Below are positions 58,442-64,000 of a stretch of 64,000 nucleotides of DNA, one piece after another (positions within the stretch are counted from its first letter, which is position 1; each line of letters opens with the position of its first letter). Below the pieces are notes generated by a model, which had not been told where the DNA came from, did no database searches, and was given only the letters and a program-made list of their open reading frames with translations. The stretch comes from a virus. Taxonomy: Duplodnaviria > Caudoviricetes. The stretch is taken from the IMG/VR virus record IMGVR_UViG_3300044842_000325, positions 32,001 through 96,000 of that record. The stretch is one strand, 5' to 3'. The position numbers were made by a program, and so were the translations under genes.

Positions 58442-59123
58442 CGGTTGCCTCCGTAGCGGTAGTGGTGCGGTTGAACAGGTTCTTGACCCAGGTATAGGCC
58501 GACACGAACCAGCCTTTGACCGTCACCCCGGCGTTGACGAACCATTCGCCGATGCGGGTGAAGACCGTGCTACCTGCGTCCTCGACCGGCACTTCCGTGG
58601 CGGTGTCAGCGGCAGCGGTGTCGGTCATCCGGGACACAGAGGATACTGCAGTGTTGATATTTTTCCCACGGAGCCAGAACCACAGGCCCGCGGCGCCGGC
58701 GAAGATGGTCAGGGCACCAGCCACGGCCTTCTTCTTGTTTTCACCGACCCAGGCTTTGAAGCGAGCCCACAGGCTCGGCTTCTCGTTGGCGGCTGCCAGG
58801 CCGGCGGCGGCTTCACCGGTCAGCTTGGCAGCTTCGCTGTTGATCTTGGCCAAGCCGACCAGGATCTTGGCGCCGACGCCGTCGGCTGCTGCGCCGGTAG
58901 CGCTGGCTTCCGGTTCGATTTCCAGTTCGGTGGTGTCGAGGCCGATCGAGGCGATCAGGTTTTTGATCTCGGTTTCCAGCTTGGCGCGAGCTTCGCCGGT
59001 GGCCGATGCCATTTCGATGCGCTTGGTGGTGATCTGGTCCTTGACAACGCGGAAAGCGTGGTTCAGTTCTTTGTCGGTCGGGGCTTTCTTCAGTGCTTCG
59101 GATTGGTTGTTGATCGAGTTCAT
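58404..59123 (-). CDS. Membrane protein with amphipathic helices
   Basis: About 239 aa from ATG 59123 (SD AAAGGA); TM segment AVAGALTIFAGAAGLWFWL. Confidence 0.65.
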   Translation of the reverse strand: MNSINNQSEALKKAPTDKELNHAFRVVKDQITTKRIEMASATGEARAKLETEIKNLIASIGLDTTELEIEPEASATGAAADGVGAKILVGLAKINSEAAKLTGEAAAGLAAANEKPSLWARFKAWVGENKKKAVAGALTIFAGAAGLWFWLRGKNINTAVSSVSRMTDTAAADTATEVPVEDAGSTVFTRIGEWFVNAGVTVKGWFVSAYTWVKNLFNRTTTATEATGEANAEAVPAGA

Positions 59124-59188
59124 GATTCGTTTCCTTTTGTTAATTTGAAAGAGGTGCTTCGGGATAGGATTTAATACGGTTTCACAGG

Positions 59189-59545
59189 TCACGGTGTAGT
59201 GGGTTCAGCCCGCTTGGCAGCGAAGACGCTGAGCGTCAAACCGAACACCGCCAGAACGAAGAGGATCGGCAGCAACGCCACGAACGCCACTACCACCTGT
59301 TGGATCAGCCAGACGAGCAGTACGAAACCGACTGCGTTCAGCACTGCATCGCCCAGATACGCAAACGGTGACTGGTCGCGGATGACGGCGGTCTCCTTGC
59401 CGTCGACGAACACCGTCGACGGTTTAAAGTTGTCGTGCATGCGACGCATTTCAATCGCCTGTTGCTTGGCATCGGACCACGATTTCGGTTCGAGACGCAA
59501 GATGTTGGCGACGAACACCGAGAGAGTGTCGAAGAATTGCTTCAT
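59189..59545 (-). CDS. Membrane protein (array member)
   Basis: 118 aa, C-terminal hydrophobic hairpin. Confidence 0.65.
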   Translation of the reverse strand: MKQFFDTLSVFVANILRLEPKSWSDAKQQAIEMRRMHDNFKPSTVFVDGKETAVIRDQSPFAYLGDAVLNAVGFVLLVWLIQQVVVAFVALLPILFVLAVFGLTLSVFAAKRAEPTTP

Positions 59546-59841
59546 GCAGATACCTCCTTAAGTTGAAGTACCACACCGCCGACGATTTGCACACCCACAA
59601 TCGCGAGGTCCACAAGGAACAGCATCGCGATTAAAGGTGGCACGCCGATGGATGTCGTGGCACACATGACAAAGAAAAGCCACACCAGCAGCCGCCAGAA
59701 CGCAAAGGCCAATTGGCCCAAACCGATCGGCTTAGCCTGCAGGGTGGTGGCCACCAACGACACCACCGGCGCCACAATGGCACCGGCGATGACTTTGGCA
59801 GCGAAGAACAATTGCTTGATGAAACCAAACAGCTTACGCAT
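59542..59841 (-). CDS. Membrane protein (array member)
   Basis: 99 aa, almost entirely hydrophobic. Confidence 0.65.
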   Translation of the reverse strand: MRKLFGFIKQLFFAAKVIAGAIVAPVVSLVATTLQAKPIGLGQLAFAFWRLLVWLFFVMCATTSIGVPPLIAMLFLVDLAIVGVQIVGGVVLQLKEVSA

Positions 59842-59880
59842 GATCTCTCCAAAAGGGTGGATAAAAGCCCACCCCTGAAG

Positions 59881-60153
59881 TCAGGTGTAGGCGTTAGCAG
59901 TTTGCTGATAGATGTTACTGACGATGGTGAGGATGTCACCGAAGGCCATGATGCGTAACGTCAGCAAGATCGCTGTCGCGGCTGGGAACAGCCAAGCGCA
60001 GATGAAAAATCCAGTGTGCAGTACGAGGCGTCCCACGTACCGCTTGTCTTCTTCATCCACTTGCGCAGCGCACGTATGACGGCATAACCGTACCAGGCCA
60101 CCTACCGTGTGCCGGTAGATAGCGCTGGCTAAGGTTTTGATGAATTGCCACAT
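59881..60153 (-). CDS. Membrane protein (array member)
   Basis: 90 aa, starts MWQFIKTL. Confidence 0.55.
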   Translation of the reverse strand: MWQFIKTLASAIYRHTVGGLVRLCRHTCAAQVDEEDKRYVGRLVLHTGFFICAWLFPAATAILLTLRIMAFGDILTIVSNIYQQTANAYT

Positions 60154-60159
60154 GTCGGC

Positions 60160-60519
60160 TTAAGCCGCAACCGGAGTTGCTTCTTCAGCTTTGACGTTGT
60201 CGAGGTTGTCGCCCGTGGCCTTGATCGATGCCAGTACCAAGGCCAGACCGAGACCACCCGTGATCAGCACGAAGCCAACGTACACGAGCGAGAGGAACAG
60301 AGACAACCAGAACCACACCCATGCCACCGTGACCAGCAGTGCCGGTACGGCGAAGAACCATGAAGCGATGATGACCGCGCGCGAGACGGCATTGAGCATC
60401 GTCAGGATCTTCTGGCCCCAGTCCATGGAGAGGATGTCTTTCACTTCGACGATCGGGGCGACGAAGATACCGTAGACGAACTTGGCAGCGCCTACGAGAA
60501 AGTTTTTGATAAATTCCAT
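60160..60519 (-). CDS. Membrane protein (array member)
   Basis: 119 aa, starts MEFIKNFL; long hydrophobic stretch. Confidence 0.65.
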   Translation of the reverse strand: MEFIKNFLVGAAKFVYGIFVAPIVEVKDILSMDWGQKILTMLNAVSRAVIIASWFFAVPALLVTVAWVWFWLSLFLSLVYVGFVLITGGLGLALVLASIKATGDNLDNVKAEEATPVAA

Positions 60520-60537
60520 AATGGAATCTCCTTTGAA

Positions 60538-60909
60538 TTAATTGGGTTCGGCGACGATCTCGGCAGCCCTTTGGGTGTTGATCGCTTTGATCACGTCGTA
60601 GACCACATAACCCACGGCGCCGATCGCGACCACGTTAGCCACCAAAGGCGGCAACAGCAGGCCGAACAACAGAGTCAATCCTGCGATCGACAAAATGATG
60701 CCGGCGGTAATATAGATCATCGCCCCCAACATCAGCAGACCGCCCAGGATCACACGGCCGACCATCTTCCAGGTCCAGTCAGTATCGGCATCCTGATACA
60801 CGAAAATGTTGAGCGGTTCCATGTATACGGTAGCCATGTCGAGGGCTTTTGTGATCGGTGTAGCAATCCAACCGACGACGCGGTTGAACCATTTCTTGAT
60901 GAAGTTCAT
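60538..60909 (-). CDS. Membrane protein (array member)
   Basis: 123 aa, starts MNFIKKWF. Confidence 0.65.
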   Translation of the reverse strand: MNFIKKWFNRVVGWIATPITKALDMATVYMEPLNIFVYQDADTDWTWKMVGRVILGGLLMLGAMIYITAGIILSIAGLTLLFGLLLPPLVANVVAIGAVGYVVYDVIKAINTQRAAEIVAEPN

Positions 60910-60953
60910 GGAAATATCCTTGAAGGGGAGGGAGCGTACGCTCCCTGTAATGA

Positions 60954-61376
60954 TTAAGCAGCAGCGGCAGCGGTGAAAGCAACGTCTTCGACTTCGACGA
61001 CGGCGGCCACGTTCGAACGGAATGCGTCGACCAGACGAGCGGTGATTTCAGCACGAGCAATAGCTGCACCGAAATCTTCACCGAACATGTAAGCGACCGG
61101 GATAGCCAGCAGACCCAGGATCGGGCCCAGCAGGAACGAGGCCACGACGCCGATGGTGTAACCGATCGCGAAAGCGACGAAGAAGCCCGAGACAAATGCG
61201 CCAGCTTTGCACACGGCGCCATAGAGCGTCTTGGCGAAGTCGTCCTTGGCACGGCCTTCCGCCAGCAGGCGATCGCCGTAGACGTTCAGCTGAGCGATCT
61301 TGCGAGCGACGTAATCGCGAGCGAAGCAATAGCCATGTTTGATGTTGTTCCAGAGATTGTCGAAGAATTTGTTCAT
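60954..61376 (-). CDS. Membrane protein (array member)
   Basis: 140 aa, starts MNKFFDNLW. Confidence 0.65.
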   Translation of the reverse strand: MNKFFDNLWNNIKHGYCFARDYVARKIAQLNVYGDRLLAEGRAKDDFAKTLYGAVCKAGAFVSGFFVAFAIGYTIGVVASFLLGPILGLLAIPVAYMFGEDFGAAIARAEITARLVDAFRSNVAAVVEVEDVAFTAAAAA

Positions 61377-61416
61377 GATAGTTTCCTTGTTGTTGATTAT
61401 GAATCAGAAAGAGGGA

Positions 61417-61833
61417 TTAAGCGAACACCGGGCCAGCCATACGGCCGAACATTTGTTCCAGTTCACGGTGAGCACGTTCGAAACGATATTGCGTGTTAAC
61501 GATGTGGATACCGAAAGCGCTACCGACTGCAACACTCACGAGGTAGCCGATGACCGGACCTGCCAGCACCGTTACGATAAATGCCACCGCGACCGTGACC
61601 AGCATGGCTGGCAGCAGCACGCAGAAGAAGAAACCACCGCAGTACGACATGAAACCCCACACGCGGTACAGGAACGTCTGGAAGGACGACGGGGCGCCAG
61701 CATCACCAGCACGACGAGCATGGTCACCCATGTTGGCCTTGGTGGCGTACTTGATGGCGTAGGAGGTGACGCGAGCAGCAGTCATTGCCAGCGTATCAAC
61801 GATACGGTGGTACAGCTTTTTGATGAATTCCAT
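61417..61833 (-). CDS. Membrane protein (array member)
   Basis: 138 aa, starts MEFIKKLY. Confidence 0.65.
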   Translation of the reverse strand: MEFIKKLYHRIVDTLAMTAARVTSYAIKYATKANMGDHARRAGDAGAPSSFQTFLYRVWGFMSYCGGFFFCVLLPAMLVTVAVAFIVTVLAGPVIGYLVSVAVGSAFGIHIVNTQYRFERAHRELEQMFGRMAGPVFA

Positions 61834-61881
61834 GATTGATCCTTGTTGTTGGTTATGGATTGGACTACAGGGTGTTGAGGA

Positions 61882-62250
61882 TTAAGCAGCCTTGCGCTTA
61901 GCGCGGTTGTGTTTCGGAGCTTTGTAGGTCTTGTTGTTCATGGCGCGCTCGATGCGAACCAGAGCAGCTTCGTCTTGTTCACGGGCAGCTTGGAAAGCTT
62001 CCGACAGATCGTAATTACGGAAACGAGCCAGACCCATGATGCTGTTGAACAGCGCTTGGATACGCTGCTCTTTGGCGGCGTTGTCTTCAGCAGCAACTTC
62101 AGCAGCGACATTGGTTTCGACAGCGACTTCAGCGGCCGGAGCCACTTGAGCGACCGGAGCCGGAGCTTCGATCTTGGCTTCAGCTTTGCTGCTGAACAGG
62201 TTGGAGAAGAACGACTTGACTTTGTTCCACAGGGTTTTGATGAAGTTCAT
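61882..62250 (-). CDS. Protein with N-terminal amphipathic helix (first gene of the array)
   Basis: 122 aa, MNFIKTLWNKVKSFFSNLF; Ala-rich linker and basic tail. Confidence 0.65.
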   Translation of the reverse strand: MNFIKTLWNKVKSFFSNLFSSKAEAKIEAPAPVAQVAPAAEVAVETNVAAEVAAEDNAAKEQRIQALFNSIMGLARFRNYDLSEAFQAAREQDEAALVRIERAMNNKTYKAPKHNRAKRKAA

Positions 62251-62318
62251 GATGAGATCCTTTTGAAATTGTTGGTTATCAAGGGTGGAAAGAGGGTATT
62301 CCTTTTCCTATTCACCAC

Positions 62319-62343
62319 TGTTATATGGTTTTGAAAAATTCTA
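62319..62343 (-). promoter_or_regulatory. Early promoter candidate for the membrane-protein array
   Basis: AGAATTTTTCAAAACCATATAACA aligns with the other four TATAT(C/T)AC promoters. Confidence 0.55.
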
Positions 62344-62364
62344 GCGCCATATCTAAACATTCCT

Positions 62365-62394
62365 CAGGTATGGGCAAATACCCATACCTGAGAA
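62365..62394 (-). terminator. Hairpin terminator
   Basis: CTCAGGTATGGG/CCCATACCTGAG 12-bp stem. Confidence 0.6.
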
Positions 62395-62398
62395 TCTG

Positions 62399-62722
62399 TT
62401 ACAGCCTGATGCCGAAGTACATATAGAACTTAACGATCAGCGTATGTTGCTTATAGCCAGCTTGCGGATCGTAACCGATGTATTCGAACCGGCGATGAGA
62501 AGTGTGCGTGTCAACCGTACCATCGTCCCATTTGTCGATCAGCGACATTCCGCCAAACATTGTTTTGCCGTCCAGATGGAACAACATTTCTTTGGTGGCT
62601 TCCGTAGGGCGAAATAGCACCACTTTGAAAATCCGTTCGTCACTACCAACGTCCTGCTCTTCGAATGTGATGATCGATTCTGCTTCCAGACGAATTGGCT
62701 CGTCGATCGTAGTTTGTTTCAT
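62399..62722 (-). CDS. Hypothetical protein
   Basis: 107 aa from ATG 62722 (SD AAGGA); the upstream part of the track ORF is a shadow of the neighbour. Confidence 0.55.
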   Translation of the reverse strand: MKQTTIDEPIRLEAESIITFEEQDVGSDERIFKVVLFRPTEATKEMLFHLDGKTMFGGMSLIDKWDDGTVDTHTSHRRFEYIGYDPQAGYKQHTLIVKFYMYFGIRL

Positions 62723-62735
62723 GCGTTGTCCTTGT

Positions 62736-63296
62736 TCAGTAAAGGTAAGGTAAGCTGATGTGAGTTTTCTTACCTTGGCATTTGTTCCAGGTGTCGAGTG
62801 TACCGCCATCAGCCGGGACATCGCCTTCACCAAACGTATACGCCAGCATTTCTTCCATCTGCGCGACTTTGGAGTTACGGGCGAACATGCCGCCAGCGCT
62901 GGGTGAACTGGGCTCTTCTTCGATGCGGATCGGGCTATTCTCCACTTCCCAGTATTGCCGCACCACTTCTCCAATCTGCCCCAGCGTATCACGTTCAATG
63001 ATGCGACCGAAATTGCGGTGGTAGTAATTGGCGATGCCGCCAGCGCTCTTCCACCCGTCTTCCACAAATTGACCGTTCTTGAAAGGTGCTGGAAGATAGA
63101 GCGAAATCTCACCCGCATGACCGAACAGGAACATCGATACAGCGAGATGGTCCGCCCACGCTGCGCCACCTGAGACCACGTGTGCTCCTCGGGGAACCCG
63201 ACTGTAAGCATCCCGCAACATCCACCGCCATAATGCCACCGACATGGGTTTGCTTTTGTCACGTCCCGCTGTACCGATAATCGCGATTCGTGTCAT
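62736..63296 (-). CDS. SLOG-superfamily (YspA/DprA-like) nucleotide-binding protein
   Basis: IAIIGTAGR, VVSGGA.WAD, YLP, ARN and GGT..T motifs. Confidence 0.7.
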   Translation of the reverse strand: MTRIAIIGTAGRDKSKPMSVALWRWMLRDAYSRVPRGAHVVSGGAAWADHLAVSMFLFGHAGEISLYLPAPFKNGQFVEDGWKSAGGIANYYHRNFGRIIERDTLGQIGEVVRQYWEVENSPIRIEEEPSSPSAGGMFARNSKVAQMEEMLAYTFGEGDVPADGGTLDTWNKCQGKKTHISLPYLY

Positions 63297-63512
63297 TTAT
63301 TTCACCTTGACTTTGCTGAAGTTGTAATGTTCATCACACGACATATTGCCGTTGTTCCAGTGCACAAGTAGCCAGTTATCGTCGTGTTGAATCTTTTTGT
63401 CGATCTTCTTAGAAATTTTTCCCGGAGTTCCTTTGGTTGATATTAACTCCATCCCAACACGAATCTCATCGTAAGGGACGTCAGAGAGATTCTTACCGGA
63501 ATGATCATTCAT
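63297..63512 (-). CDS. Small beta-barrel-like protein, tandem paralog 3
   Basis: MNDHSGKNLSDVPYDEIRVGM. Confidence 0.7.
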   Translation of the reverse strand: MNDHSGKNLSDVPYDEIRVGMELISTKGTPGKISKKIDKKIQHDDNWLLVHWNNGNMSCDEHYNFSKVKVK

Positions 63513-63724
63513 TATTTTATCCTTACATGTTTGAATGTTTTTTGTAGATCGAGTTCGATGGTGTGATTGTCGTAAACAATCTTTAACGCTTCGAGTTTAT
63601 GACCATGCACCTTTTCGAATAGATCCGTGATTCTCCCATTACCCCGGTAAGAAACTACGGCCATTCCCACGAAGAGATCTGCGAAAGGAACATCGGAAAG
63701 CTTCTTACCAGAGTGCTGGTTCAT
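63512..63724 (-). CDS. Small beta-barrel-like protein, tandem paralog 2
   Basis: MNQHSGKKLSDVPFADLFVGM. Confidence 0.7.
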   Translation of the reverse strand: MNQHSGKKLSDVPFADLFVGMAVVSYRGNGRITDLFEKVHGHKLEALKIVYDNHTIELDLQKTFKHVRIK

Positions 63725-63726
63725 GG

Positions 63727-63945
63727 TTATTTGATCTTTACATGCTCGAAGATGGATTGTTGACCACTTTCGGTAACTTTGTTTTGGTACACGATTTTCA
63801 CGCCGTTGATCTTTTTACCGCGTGACTCGGTTACCAGGTCAGCAATAACACCATCGTTATTAGAACGGAAGTCTACAACCTCCATTCCTACGGCGAGATC
63901 AATAAAAGGTACTTCACTGAGTTTTTTACCAGAGTGTTGATTCAT
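63727..63945 (-). CDS. Small beta-barrel-like protein, tandem paralog 1
   Basis: MNQHSGKKLSEVPFIDLAVGM. Confidence 0.7.
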   Translation of the reverse strand: MNQHSGKKLSEVPFIDLAVGMEVVDFRSNNDGVIADLVTESRGKKINGVKIVYQNKVTESGQQSIFEHVKIK

Positions 63946-63947
63946 GA

Positions 63948-64000
63948 TTAACCTTTCTTATCAATGGCGCGCTGAGAATAAGCGCAGCCGTTGAGAAATT
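63948..64000 (-). CDS. 3' end of an upstream gene (partial)
   Basis: Open frame ...FLNGCAYSQRAIDKKG* ending 2 nt before the next ATG. Confidence 0.35.
   Translation of the reverse strand, partial: FLNGCAYSQRAIDKKG

Noticed and set aside
62723-63262. Long N-terminal extension of the 62399 ORF overlapping the SLOG gene
   Set aside because: A strong SD and ATG at 62722 explain the gene; the extension looks like an off-frame shadow.
1-64000. tRNA, rRNA, CRISPR arrays, transposases, homing endonucleases, inteins
   Set aside because: None recognised by eye; the hairpin/TATGCCGT elements are dispersed at gene ends, not regularly spaced repeats. A covariance-model scan was not possible.
1-64000. 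Individual TATG late promoters and host assignment
   Set aside because: A 4-nt motif is not callable without TSS data; GC-rich codon usage hints at a GC-rich proteobacterial host but is not diagnostic.

Overview
This 64-kb window is part of a nucleus-forming jumbo phage genome (phiKZ-like, Chimalliviridae), roughly collinear with the phiKZ gp95-to-gp32 region read in reverse. phiKZ gp equivalences are assigned from remembered motifs and synteny, not from a database search. It encodes internal head and baseplate proteins, a family-B DNA polymerase split over two genes about 30 kb apart, the virion RNAP beta'-C subunit and an SF2 helicase. It also carries the non-virion RNAP subunits (beta'-N with NADYDGD, beta-C, beta'-C and the gp68-like specificity factor), the nucleus genes chmA, picA and chmC, an SbcD nuclease, the tubulin PhuZ, and an accessory early region. 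The main unexplained observations are: (1) a 71-aa mini-protein stitched from two catalytic-barrel segments of the phage's own nvRNAP beta-C subunit, placed directly behind the beta'-N gene; (2) a ~330-nt highly structured minus-strand RNA upstream of the DNA polymerase gene, with a second candidate downstream of phuZ; (3) an early-promoter-driven array of about 10 small membrane or amphipathic proteins sharing an MxFIKxL-type N-terminus; (4) a probable -1 programmed frameshift fusing a tail-chaperone-like gene pair; (5) terminator hairpins followed by a conserved TATGCCGT instead of a U-tract; (6) an apparent AUC start codon for the catalytic RNAP subunit; (7) an SSB-tip mimic (DDDIPY) on ChmC. 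No tRNA, rRNA, CRISPR array or intact mobile element was recognised.
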